Shown: positions 41,694-51,122 of the stretch, piece by piece
How the letters are laid out: every line of letters begins with the position of its first letter
How positions within the stretch are numbered: position 1 is the first letter of the stretch
Assembly: GCA_963816185.1 (NCBI GenBank)
Contig: CAWFJJ010000030.1
Span: 32,001-96,000 of the forward strand
DNA: 64,000 bases
From: Thermoanaerobaculia bacterium
GTDB lineage: Bacteria; Acidobacteriota; Thermoanaerobaculia; UBA5066
Direction of reading: 5' to 3'
The notes under the pieces: model-generated
The model's input: only the letters and a program-made list of their open reading frames with translations
Databases searched by the model: none
Told to the model about the DNA's origin: nothing
Translations under genes and position numbers: made by a program

Positions 41694-42872
41694 TCAGCAG
41701 ACCGGCTTGGGCGGCTTCAGGGCCAGGCAGCACAGACAACCCAGCAGGGCCGAGGCCGCCAGGACATAAAAGCCGCTCACAAAGGTGCCGCTTAAATCAA
41801 CCAGCCGGCCGATAATCGGCGGCATGATCATGACCCCGGCCGCGCCCCAGGTGTTGACAAAGCCCATGGCCACCCCGGGGGTGGCCGGACAGTTGTCCCG
41901 CGCCCCGTTAAAAATGCCGGCGAAGGGCAAGCCTGCCATGATGCCGGTAAAGATAATGCCCAGAAAGGCCATGGTCAGGGTGGTGGAGAGGCCGATCCAG
42001 ACAAAGCCCAGGGCCAGACCCCCACAGGACAGCACCAGAAGCGGTTTGGTGCCCATCAGCTTTTTCCCCAGGATGAGACCGCCCAGGGGCCGGGAGATGA
42101 TCCCCAGCAGCAACACGGTGGAGCCGATGATGCCGGCGGTCTTCGGGGCGAGATGGATGCTCTTGATCAGCAGGGTATTGACCCAGACCCCGGCCGCGAT
42201 GATGGCGCCGAAACTCCCCATCTGCGCCATGGATAGCAGCCAGATATTGGGGTTGGTGAGGACGTTGGACCAGTTGATCTTGGGACTGGTGGTATGGCTG
42301 GGGGTGTCGGGCGCGAACCAGAACCACAGCACCGCCAGCAGGCCCGCCATGGCGCCGGTGACCATGAAGACGTTGTGCCAACCCACCGCGGCCAGCAATT
42401 GGGGGATGCCGTAGATCACAAAGCCGGACCCCAGCAGGATGGAGCCGCCGTAGACCCCCTGGGCCCTTTGGATCTCTTTGCCGGCAAAAAAAGTGGGCAC
42501 ATACCGGGCCCCGGCGATGAAGGCCATGCCCGTGCCGATGCCGATGATGAATTTCAAGACCAGAATCGCCCTATAAGAGTCGGAAAAACCGATCAAAACG
42601 TTGCCCACGGTAATGATAATGAGGGCCCAGAAGGCTATCTTTTTGGCCCCGAGCTTATCGGCCAGCGCCCCTCCGGGTATTTGCAGGGCGCCGTGGGAGA
42701 GAAAGATGGCCGTGGTCAGAAACCCCGCCAGTGCCAGGGTAATGTGTAAATCCTTGACCAGGGTCGGTACCAGCGGGCCATGGTTGGTATAATTGGCGGA
42801 AAAAACAAACCCCAGTGCCGTCACGAACCACAAAGCCTTCCATCTTTGCGCCCAAAAGGCTTCCATATCCAT
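41694..42872 (-). CDS. MFS transporter
   Basis: Polytopic pattern with motif A GALADKLGAK. Confidence 0.88.
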   Translation of the reverse strand: MDMEAFWAQRWKALWFVTALGFVFSANYTNHGPLVPTLVKDLHITLALAGFLTTAIFLSHGALQIPGGALADKLGAKKIAFWALIIITVGNVLIGFSDSYRAILVLKFIIGIGTGMAFIAGARYVPTFFAGKEIQRAQGVYGGSILLGSGFVIYGIPQLLAAVGWHNVFMVTGAMAGLLAVLWFWFAPDTPSHTTSPKINWSNVLTNPNIWLLSMAQMGSFGAIIAAGVWVNTLLIKSIHLAPKTAGIIGSTVLLLGIISRPLGGLILGKKLMGTKPLLVLSCGGLALGFVWIGLSTTLTMAFLGIIFTGIMAGLPFAGIFNGARDNCPATPGVAMGFVNTWGAAGVMIMPPIIGRLVDLSGTFVSGFYVLAASALLGCLCCLALKPPKPVC

Positions 42873-43198
42873 AAAATTGTTCCCCTTTTAAAATGAAAAA
42901 ATGCTGGCAGGTTGACCTCAATGTCTGGCTCTCGCACCCCGATTCACTGGCTGCATAATCGTCTCAATCTTTCTCACTCACCTCCTATCTATGCTCATTT
43001 GGCTGCCTGGTCGACCTTCACCGCAGGAAACCCCAAAAAAAAAATCCCCAGGCAGCACGCCATATCGAAGGCGCCGCGCAGGGGTAACCTGTAAACCTTG
43101 ACAAGCATGGTCAGAGGACGTAAAGTCTATCACGCGTTGTACCCGGCCCCGGCGGTGTTCTCAGCACCAAAGGGGCATTTTATTTTCCTGGCTCTACT

Positions 43199-43888
43199 TT
43201 AAACTTTGCTTGTTCTGTCTTCCCGCCTCCCGGCTTCCCCGGCATCGTAACAGGCCAGGGCGGCCCGTTGCGCCATTAAATGGTCGTGCATGATCTTCTC
43301 GGCCGCAGCCGGGTTCTGATGGTGAAACGCCGCCATGATCAGCCGGTGTTCTTTCAGGGAAGCCTCCAGGCGGCCGGGCAGCCTCAGCTGCCGCCCCCGC
43401 AGGAGCTTGAGGAATTTGCGCAAATCCCCCACCGTCTTCTGCAGCCAGAGGTTGTCGGCCAGCTTCTGCACCGCCTGGTGAAAGATATAGTTTTGCTCGT
43501 AATAGCGGTCGATATCCCCGGCCGCGGCGAATTTTTCCAGTTTGGCGTGGATCTCGTCCAGGCGTTTGAGGTCGGCGGGCCCGGCCTTGCGCACCGCGTC
43601 GTAAGCACAGCGCCCCTCCAACAGCGCCATGACCGGAAAGATCTCATCCAGGTCCTGTTCGGTCAGTTCGGCCACGAAGCAGCCGCGGCGGGGTTTCAGG
43701 ACCACCAGGCCCTCGCTGTTCAGCACCTTGAGGGCTTCCCGCAGCGGCGTGCGGCTGATGCCGAAAGATTCGGCCAGGGTCTGCTCGTCGATCCACTCCC
43801 CCGGCTTCAGGTCGTAACTGTAAATCCTCTGACGGATGCGCTCGGCGACCTCCTGATAAAGCACGACCGGGGTGATACGGCTGTTCAT
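43199..43888 (-). CDS. GntR/FadR-family regulator (FCD domain)
   Basis: HTH LAESFGISRTPLREALK; FCD with N..FH and EH motifs. Confidence 0.92.
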   Translation of the reverse strand: MNSRITPVVLYQEVAERIRQRIYSYDLKPGEWIDEQTLAESFGISRTPLREALKVLNSEGLVVLKPRRGCFVAELTEQDLDEIFPVMALLEGRCAYDAVRKAGPADLKRLDEIHAKLEKFAAAGDIDRYYEQNYIFHQAVQKLADNLWLQKTVGDLRKFLKLLRGRQLRLPGRLEASLKEHRLIMAAFHHQNPAAAEKIMHDHLMAQRAALACYDAGEAGRREDRTSKV

Positions 43889-43903
43889 GGCAGCTCCGAT
43901 TGC

Positions 43904-43928
43904 ATTATGCATGCATAATTATGAATTA
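43904..43928. promoter_or_regulatory. Palindromic operator upstream of the GntR gene
   Basis: Perfect palindrome ATTATGCATGCATAAT (43904-43919) overlapping the near-palindrome ATGCATAATTATGAAT. Confidence 0.6.
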
Positions 43929-44196
43929 TTATACCGCCCGGCGGCTTCTTTCAAGAGAATTTTACTCCGGCGGGCGCCGCGGGCAAAATATATTTTGGCG
44001 AATAGTGGCACAGGCCTCTGGCCCGTGTTCCTTTAATTACCCTTGCCACCCGCTGGCGGTCGAAGACGGCTGGAAAGGGGGCGTAGGGGCAATCTGGCGG
44101 TGCCTTTCCAACCCGGAGATTTTGGCAACCAAAAAGGCGGCAGGGATATTCCCCAGCCGCCCTGGAATTTTTAAATCCGACCACCTGCCCGTGGGT

Positions 44197-44733
44197 TTAC
44201 TTCTTAAATTCCCGGTGGCAGACGAGCATGCGATCCACCAGCGCCTGCAGTTCCTGTCGCATCGCCTCCCTCTGGCCGCGGTCCACGGCTAGCTGTAACT
44301 TCTCCACGTGCGCCAGATATTCGGCCATCAGCCCTTGCCATTCCGGTTTGGCCAATTTAGCGAAGAGACGGGAATTCTCCACCAAGTCCTGCACCGTCTT
44401 AGTGTCAGGAATGCTCCCTTCCTTAATGAGGCGCTGCAGCTCTTTAAAAGGGACGTTCAACCTGGCTTTGATGGCCTTCAGGGAAACGGACTCCTGGGGA
44501 CTGGCCTCCTTCGCCACCGGTCGGCGGCCTGCACCCGTGGGCCACCGCAACTTGATTTTGGCGACCACCTCGCCCTCTTCTTCCTTGAGGTGCATAGTGC
44601 CCTCCACCTGCTCCGGCACCGTCCAGACGCGGCTCTCGCCCTTTAGCTGGCCGCCTTGCACCTGCTGGCTCAAGTCCGCCAGGAAGTCAGCCAGTTCCTG
44701 CCGGCTGAATCTCTTTTCCACTTTTATTCCCAT
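44197..44733 (-). CDS. Amphi-Trp domain plus XXXCH domain fusion protein
   Basis: SRQELADFL..L...KIKLRW N-domain; C-terminal MLVCHREFK. Confidence 0.7.
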   Translation of the reverse strand: MGIKVEKRFSRQELADFLADLSQQVQGGQLKGESRVWTVPEQVEGTMHLKEEEGEVVAKIKLRWPTGAGRRPVAKEASPQESVSLKAIKARLNVPFKELQRLIKEGSIPDTKTVQDLVENSRLFAKLAKPEWQGLMAEYLAHVEKLQLAVDRGQREAMRQELQALVDRMLVCHREFKK

Positions 44734-44949
44734 GCCGCTCTCCTAAGCGAATTAATAATCTGGCGAAAGCTAATTTTTCTCAGACCTATTGATAAAATAG
44801 GAATCGGGATTTCAGAGGCAAGGGATTAGGCGCCAGGGAGGGGGAAAATTGCATTGTCGAAAGGTTTATGCTAATTTACCGCAGTTATTGATCTGGAAGA
44901 AATATACCCGAGGCTCCCAAGATTCCTGGGCCCTGAAAATTAAGGCAGG

Positions 44950-46376
44950 ACCGGCATGATTGGGCACATCGAGAACGGGTTACGGTTATCGGCGGTATCA
45001 TCATTGCGGCGTTATTCCTGATTTTGTATTTGGCGATAACTTCAACTAAAATGGGATATACCTGCCCTCCGCACCTCTGAAGGTCTGCCGCTGGCCGCCG
45101 ATTTTGCCATTATTGGTCGGCCTCCCGGCTGGCCCTCTCCGGCCAACCTGGCCTCGGTTTATAACCTTGACGTGCTGCACGAAATGCAACAGCAGTTGCT
45201 CGGAGCCCAGCATCGTTATGGGGTTGGCTGGTATTATCCGCCCAGCTTTTTATTGATGGTGCTGCCCCTGGGGTTTACTGCCTTATCTTCCGGCTTTCCT
45301 TGTCTGGATTATAACAACGCTTATTCTCTATCTCGCTGGTCTTGTCCCGCACCAGCGCTCATCCCATTATCTTGATTTTATGTCTCTGTTTTCCCGGGAT
45401 CTTCGAGAACTTTTTTTTTGGCCAAAATGGCTTCCTTTCCGGCGCCTTATTAGGTGGTCGGCTTGTTGCTCCTGGACGGCTGGCCAATTCTGGCCGGATG
45501 TTTAATCGGCCTCTTGAGTTACAAACCTACCTTGCTGATACTTAGCCTTAGCGGCTTTAATTTTCGGACGTTATTGGAAAACGCTAATCAGCGCCCTGGC
45601 CAGTGCACTAATTTTGGCGCTAGCCAGCGCCTGTGGTATTTGGGGTTCAGGTCTGGACCGCTTACTGGGAGACGATGTCTATTCCCATGAGGCAACTGGA
45701 AGTTGGTATGGCGATTTGGAGCATTATGCCGACCTTTTTTGCCGCCACTCTCTCGGCCGGGTTTGGAATAATGGCCGCTTATCTGGTCCAGGGGGTGGCG
45801 ATGCTGCTGGCGGTCGCCGGGGTGGCCTGGGTCTGGCGCCGCCATACTGGCTTAGCCCTGCGCGGCTCGGTTTTGGTGCTGGGAACCTTCCTGTTCACTC
45901 CCTATGCCCAGATCTACGATCTTGCCCTCCTGGCCCTGCCACTCTGCTGGCTCTGGGAGGAGGGCCGTATCCACGGCAGACTGCCTGGAGAACTGCTCCT
46001 CCTATTTATTGGCTGGCTAATGCCTTTGGCCGAGCAGATACTGTGGAATTGGATAAATATCTTTGATGGAAAATTGCAGATCGCTCCGGTAATTATCCTG
46101 GCCCTGTTCTTTCTGTCTCTGGTAAAGGCAGGCAGGCAATGGGCAGGGACCCGGTTAATCTCTGAGGTCAATCCTCCCGGCGTTTTTCTTCAATATACTC
46201 CCTTCGGCGTTAACCGATCCAGGTCGCTCTCAGCCTCTCTCCCCCCAGTCCTCGATCTCAGCGCCACCATCGCCCCATTCGGTGGGGCGGGCGTCACCCG
46301 CCCGCCAGTTTTGCGGTGCACGCCTGCGCACTCCACCTGCTTGCGCCTTTTTTGGCCACTTTGCGTCTTGGCGTGA
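44950..46376 (+). pseudogene. Glycosyltransferase family 87 (DUF2029) membrane protein, multiply frameshifted
   Basis: Fragments ADF..YW.A, YPPSFLL, GQNGFL, LSYKP and TPY...YDL in different frames; start uncertain. Confidence 0.7.
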
Positions 46377-46742
46377 GAGCTATCTTGCCTGAAAGGTAAG
46401 TTAGCCTGACCAACCACGGTCCTGTCTGGACCTGACCCAGCCCTGGGCCGTTTTTGGGATCGAGGTTTTTCCTTAGGTTGGGGCCATTATCTATCAATAA
46501 ATTCAGGGTTCTCGAAGCTAAAAATCAGGACAACCCTGATTTACCTCCACCTTTAGATAAACCATATTAACCTCACAAGCATGAGAGCACAGCCTGGAAC
46601 CAAAAAACCCGACAAGGAGGATAAGCTCAAACATCAGACCACGAAAAGCCATGGCAAGGGCTGCAGTAAGGTTAATCACCCTCAAAAGAGACTGAAGCTT
46701 TAATTAACTCAGAGCTCGCCATAAAAATACTTGGAGGAATAC

Positions 46743-46927
46743 ATGAACGCTCTCAGAAATTTCGTACAAGATGAATCCGGCGCCAGCGCCGTGGAATATG
46801 GTCTGTTGGTTGCTTTGATTGCCGTGGTCATCATCGGCGCGGTCACCGCCCTGGGGAATCGCTCAGCGGCATGTTCAAGGGTGTGGCCGCCACGATCAGT
46901 GGCGTTTCGACTACTGCTGGTTCGTGA
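46743..46927 (+). CDS. flp: Flp type IVb pilin, copy 1 (frameshift near 46857)
   Basis: DESGASAVEYGLLVALIAVVII; the corrected frame ends TTAGS*. Confidence 0.8.
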
Positions 46928-47062
46928 GTTATGGTTCAGGGGGTAGGCCTGGAGCCTCCCTCTGGAACTGTGACCTTGGAAAATTAGCCAATTATGCAAT
47001 GGCCCATAAACAATGAACGAAGCTGCTTATGGCCCATCTGATAAAAATACTTGGAGGAAATC

Positions 47063-47302
47063 ATGAACGCTCTCAGAAATTTCGTAAAAGATGAATCCGG
47101 CGCCAGCGCCGTGGAATATGGTCTGTTGGTAGCTTTGATTGCCGTGGTCATCATCGGCGCGGTCACCGCCCTGGGGACTTCGCTCAGCGGCATGTTCAAG
47201 GGTGTGGCCACCACGATCAGTGGCGTTTCGACTACTGCTGGTATGATTATGGTTCCAGGGGGAGGCCTGGGGCTAACGCCGGGCCTCCCCCTGGAACTGT
47301 GA
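47063..47302 (+). CDS. flp: Flp type IVb pilin, copy 2
   Basis: G|ASAVEY cleavage motif; the true stop may be near 47246 by comparison with copy 1. Confidence 0.88.
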   Translation: MNALRNFVKDESGASAVEYGLLVALIAVVIIGAVTALGTSLSGMFKGVATTISGVSTTAGMIMVPGGGLGLTPGLPLEL

Positions 47303-47388
47303 TCGTGGGAAATTAGCCAATTATGCAATGGCCCATAAACAATGAAGAAGCTGCTTATGCCCCATCTCTACAAGGAGCGGTTTTTCTC

Positions 47389-47565
47389 ATGATAGGAAAA
47401 TTGTTCAAGGATGAATCTGGGGCCAGCGCTGTGGAGTACAGCCTGCTATTGGGCCTGATTGCTCTAATCGTCATGGTTGCGATAACGGCTCTTGGTCAAG
47501 CACTTTCAACCCTGTACAGCAATTTCGCCACTACAGTAGCACACTGGGACACCACGGGTACCTGA
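47389..47565 (+). CDS. flp: Flp type IVb pilin, divergent copy 3
   Basis: DESGASAVEYSLLLGLIAL; RBS AAGGAG. Confidence 0.85.
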   Translation: MIGKLFKDESGASAVEYSLLLGLIALIVMVAITALGQALSTLYSNFATTVAHWDTTGT

Positions 47566-47603
47566 CCCTGGTACTGGCAAGTTACAAAGGGAGGGCGATC
47601 GCC

Positions 47604-47687
47604 ATGGAAACCTCGATACTGTTGCACTTTCTGGCGGTTACGGTCTTAATCGGCCTGGCCTCCAGCTACCTTAAAAGAATCGTTTGA
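47604..47687 (+). CDS. 27-aa single-TM small protein
   Basis: RBS AGGGAGG; METSILLHFLAVTVLIGLASSYLKRIV*. Confidence 0.45.
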   Translation: METSILLHFLAVTVLIGLASSYLKRIV

Positions 47688-47788
47688 ACTCAGGAAGTAA
47701 GTCCCTGAGATGCTGATCTCACCGGGGATGGGGACGAAGGGCCTTGGCAAATTCTTCGCCCCCACCCCGCTATTGTAAGGAGACACCG

Positions 47789-48319
47789 GTGCAATTTTAT
47801 TGGCCCGAGGCTCAGACCTGGATCGCTGCTCATGAGAGCCTGATAGCCCCTCTGCTTATTGCCGCCTTGATCTCATGGAGCGACCTGAGGACCAGGAAAA
47901 TTCCCAATTACCTCACCTTGGGCGCGGCCCTGGCCGGCTTGCTTTACAATCTGGCCGTTTTCGGGCTGAGTGGTTTAACCTCAGGTATTCTTGGTCTGTT
48001 GATGGGATTCGGGTTTTTGATCCTGCCTTATATCTTGGGCGGTATGGGCGCCGGCGACGTCAAGGCCCTGGCGGCCTTGGGAGCCTGGCTGGGACCATGG
48101 GGCACTTTAGGTCTGTTTTGTTATATGGCCATCGCCGGAGGGGTCATGGCCCTGGGAGTCTTGATCTGGAAAGGGCTTCTTTGGCAAAAGCTCCTGAATA
48201 TGGTCCTCTGTCAGGATCAAGTGTCGGCTCTGTTACCAACCCAGAAGACGCCGGGTATTCCTTATGGGGTGGCCATGGCTCTGGGCATGCTGGCCCTAAT
48301 GGTGACCGGGGGAATCTGA
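47789..48319 (+). CDS. cpaA: Prepilin peptidase (A24)
   Basis: SDLRTRKIPN, GGMGAGDVK, IPYGVA. Confidence 0.9.
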   Translation: MQFYWPEAQTWIAAHESLIAPLLIAALISWSDLRTRKIPNYLTLGAALAGLLYNLAVFGLSGLTSGILGLLMGFGFLILPYILGGMGAGDVKALAALGAWLGPWGTLGLFCYMAIAGGVMALGVLIWKGLLWQKLLNMVLCQDQVSALLPTQKTPGIPYGVAMALGMLALMVTGGI

Positions 48320-48322
48320 CCT

Positions 48323-48799
48323 ATGAAGCCCTGGAAATTACGTCTGCAAAGGATTGCGGCAACTGACGGTCTGGCAGTGGTGGAGTTCGCCATCATCCTC
48401 AGCGTCTTCCTCATGATGCTCCTGGGGATCCTCGAGTTTGGCTACGATTGGTATCTGAAGCACGCCCTGACCAACGCCTCTCGGGATGGGGCCCGTTACG
48501 GGGTGATGTTTAAGACCGACACCGCCACCAACAGCCAGATCTATCCGAGCCAGCTGCCTCACGGCACCTGGAAAACGATACAGGACGTGGTCAAGCAGGA
48601 ATTAAACGGTGAGCTGCCCAGCGCCATTGCCTCCAGCGTCACGGTAGTTCCTTCCGGAACCGCCATGACGGCTCCGGGTCCGGGAGCTCCTCTCACCGTC
48701 ACGGTGACCGCCACCAAGAACTGGTCCGCCCTGGGTGCTTTGATACCCAGCATTAATAACATGACCGTAGCGGTCCAAACCACCATGAATTTAGAGTGA
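48323..48799 (+). CDS. TadE/TadG-like pseudopilin
   Basis: G.AVVEFA...GILEFG...ASRDGARY. Confidence 0.85.
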   Translation: MKPWKLRLQRIAATDGLAVVEFAIILSVFLMMLLGILEFGYDWYLKHALTNASRDGARYGVMFKTDTATNSQIYPSQLPHGTWKTIQDVVKQELNGELPSAIASSVTVVPSGTAMTAPGPGAPLTVTVTATKNWSALGALIPSINNMTVAVQTTMNLE

Positions 48800-49614
48800 G
48801 CGCCATGCTAAACTTACCCAAGGGAGTTTCTTATATTTTGATCGCAGTGGTGGCAGGTCTTGTGGCTACTCTAGGTATTCGCAGCTATATCGCCCGTAAG
48901 ACCTATATAGCCCCCATAGCCACCGGCCAGGTGGTCGTAGCTACCGCCGAAGTCGCTCCGGGCAATGCCCTGAACGGCGCCTCCCTCAAGATTGCCACCT
49001 GGCCTCAAGAGCTGATCCCGCCTCAGGCCGCTTCCAATTTAAACCAGGTGGCTGGCCGGGTAGTCTTGAATCCCATTTCCAGCGGGGAGCCTGTCCTGCT
49101 CGGCAAGCTCGCCCCCATAGGCACCGCCGCCGGCTTGAGTAGCTTGATGGAAGAGAACAACCGGGCCTTTACGATCCGGGTCGATGATGTTTCGGGGGTG
49201 GCCGGCTTTATTCATCCCGGAGACAAGGTGGACATCCTGGCGGATATGAAATTGCGCGTCCTCGATGAGAGCTTCTCCAAGACCATCCTGCAAAACGTCA
49301 AGGTCTTGAGTACCGGTCAGACCTGGGAGCAAAAGGGCGGGGAGGCGAAACCCATGCTGGTGAATACCGTCACCCTGGAATTAACCCCTCAGCAGTCGGA
49401 GGTTATGAATCTGGCCAGCAATGAAGGGAAGATTCGCCTGGTGCTCAGAGGCCGCCACAATGACACCATCGTCCAGACTGATGGCGTGGCCACCTCGGCG
49501 CTCTTTGGCGTTGCCAAAAAAGCGGCACCGGAACCAACGGTGAAAGAGGCGAAAAAAGAAGATCGCACCGTCGAGATGATTAAAGGCATGGAGCGTTCCA
49601 AAAGCAATATCTAG
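48796..49614 (+). CDS. cpaB: Flp pilus assembly protein CpaB/RcpC
   Basis: SAF domain, GVAGFIHPGDKVD, ILQNVKVL, TVTLEL. Confidence 0.92.
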   Translation: MSAMLNLPKGVSYILIAVVAGLVATLGIRSYIARKTYIAPIATGQVVVATAEVAPGNALNGASLKIATWPQELIPPQAASNLNQVAGRVVLNPISSGEPVLLGKLAPIGTAAGLSSLMEENNRAFTIRVDDVSGVAGFIHPGDKVDILADMKLRVLDESFSKTILQNVKVLSTGQTWEQKGGEAKPMLVNTVTLELTPQQSEVMNLASNEGKIRLVLRGRHNDTIVQTDGVATSALFGVAKKAAPEPTVKEAKKEDRTVEMIKGMERSKSNI

Positions 49615-49914
49615 TCATGGGACGCCTATCGGGGAACGCAGGTCCGTCTCATTTTGCGGCCCCCTTAGCTGCGTAATTAGAGATATTGACTTCTCCGTAG
49701 TCTCCGGTACGCCCAGGCAATTAATTTAGAGGCCAGGAGTGTGCCGTATGCTCGCAAGCAGAAGAACACCGCTGGCGTTCTTCAATGATCTCGGCCCTGA
49801 CACCCGTGGTCAGTTAGCCACCTGGAGCACTGGGTTTTAAGGGCGAGGCCAAGAAATCTTCGGATCTGCCGGGTGCCGGTTAATTTCGGCAGAGTCCACC
49901 TAAGGGAGTGCAAG

Positions 49915-51108
49915 GTGCAGTCTGAAAATTTAACCATTTCAGTACTATTTGGGACTGGCGTCCAACGGCCGGAGATCCAGCAGGTTCTGGAAAGCTTCCC
50001 GCAACTGAAATTGTTGGAGCAGACTTGCGATCCTAAGAATTACTCTAGTCGGCACCAGGGGATCTGGCCGGATCTGGTCCTGGTGGAGATGGATGGGGAA
50101 AATACCATTCCCGCCTGGTTGGAGAAGCTGCCCCAAGACCTGCCGAAGACCCCCGTTTTGCTCTGTTCCCACAACCGGGAACCGGAGTTTTTGATCAAGG
50201 CCATGCAGGTGGGAATCAGAGAATTCCTGCCGCTCCCCATGACTCTCGTCGATTTGGAAGCCGCGGTAAACCGGGTATGGCTGTCCCGACGGCGGCAGCA
50301 GACGGCAGAAAAAACCGATGGGCAAGTGATCGTGGTCACCGGACACAAGGGTGGCTCGGGGAGCACCACGGTGGCGGTTAGCCTGGCTATCGCCCTGTCG
50401 GAGCTGAATACGGGCAACATAGCTCTGATGGATTTGGGCAGGCCCTTCCCGGATGTGGGAAATTTTCTGGACGTGGACCCAAACTATACCATCCTCGATT
50501 TAGCCCAAAATCTGGCCGACCTGGACCAGTCTTTCCTGCAGCGGATCATGCAACCCTATGGGACTAACCTCTTTGTTTTGCATGGGATTCAGGATTTTCG
50601 CGAACAGGAGAGCGTCGAATTGGAGGCCTTAAGCAAGATCTTCAAACTGCTGCGCAGCCTTTACCGCTATGTCATCGTTGATCTGAGCCACTGGCTGGAC
50701 GAGTTTTTCCTCCAGGCGGTCATGGAAGCAGACTTGGTGCTGATGCTCACCGGGCTCACCGTCCCGGATCTGCGCAACCTGAAGAGGTTGTGGCCGTCGT
50801 TGTTGGAATGGTATCCTGAGCGCCGCAAAATCAAACTGGTGGTGAACCGGTTCGATCGCGCCAACGGCTTGCAGCTGAAGGATCTGGAGCAGTTGCTGCA
50901 GCAGAATGTCTTTGCTACCCTGGCCAGCGATTATGCCGTCATGATGGAAACGCTGAACTGCGGGACGCCTCTGGGCCTCACGGCGCCGCGCTGCAAGCTG
51001 TGGAAGGGCATCCAGACCCTGGCTGAACAAGTGACCCGGGAATTGCCGGGAGAATTACAAGAACAGGCCCTGGAAGCCTCATCCAAGCGAAAATTCTGGA
51101 TTTTTTAG
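49915..51108 (+). CDS. cpaE: CpaE/TadZ (receiver-like plus MinD-type ATPase)
   Basis: AMQVGIREFL; KGGSGSTT deviant Walker A. Confidence 0.85.
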   Translation: MQSENLTISVLFGTGVQRPEIQQVLESFPQLKLLEQTCDPKNYSSRHQGIWPDLVLVEMDGENTIPAWLEKLPQDLPKTPVLLCSHNREPEFLIKAMQVGIREFLPLPMTLVDLEAAVNRVWLSRRRQQTAEKTDGQVIVVTGHKGGSGSTTVAVSLAIALSELNTGNIALMDLGRPFPDVGNFLDVDPNYTILDLAQNLADLDQSFLQRIMQPYGTNLFVLHGIQDFREQESVELEALSKIFKLLRSLYRYVIVDLSHWLDEFFLQAVMEADLVLMLTGLTVPDLRNLKRLWPSLLEWYPERRKIKLVVNRFDRANGLQLKDLEQLLQQNVFATLASDYAVMMETLNCGTPLGLTAPRCKLWKGIQTLAEQVTRELPGELQEQALEASSKRKFWIF

Positions 51109-51122
51109 GGGAGTGAACCTCA

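Larger units (their letters stand above)
46721..47367 (+). repeat. Tandem direct duplication of about 320 bp, each unit carrying an flp gene
   Basis: Units start ATAAAAATACTTGGAGGA at 46721 and 47041 and both end ..GAAGCTGCTTATG.CCCATCT. Confidence 0.9.

Noticed and set aside
46380-46720. c-di-GMP riboswitch upstream of flp
   Set aside because: Small hairpins are present, but the GEMM consensus could not be matched by eye.
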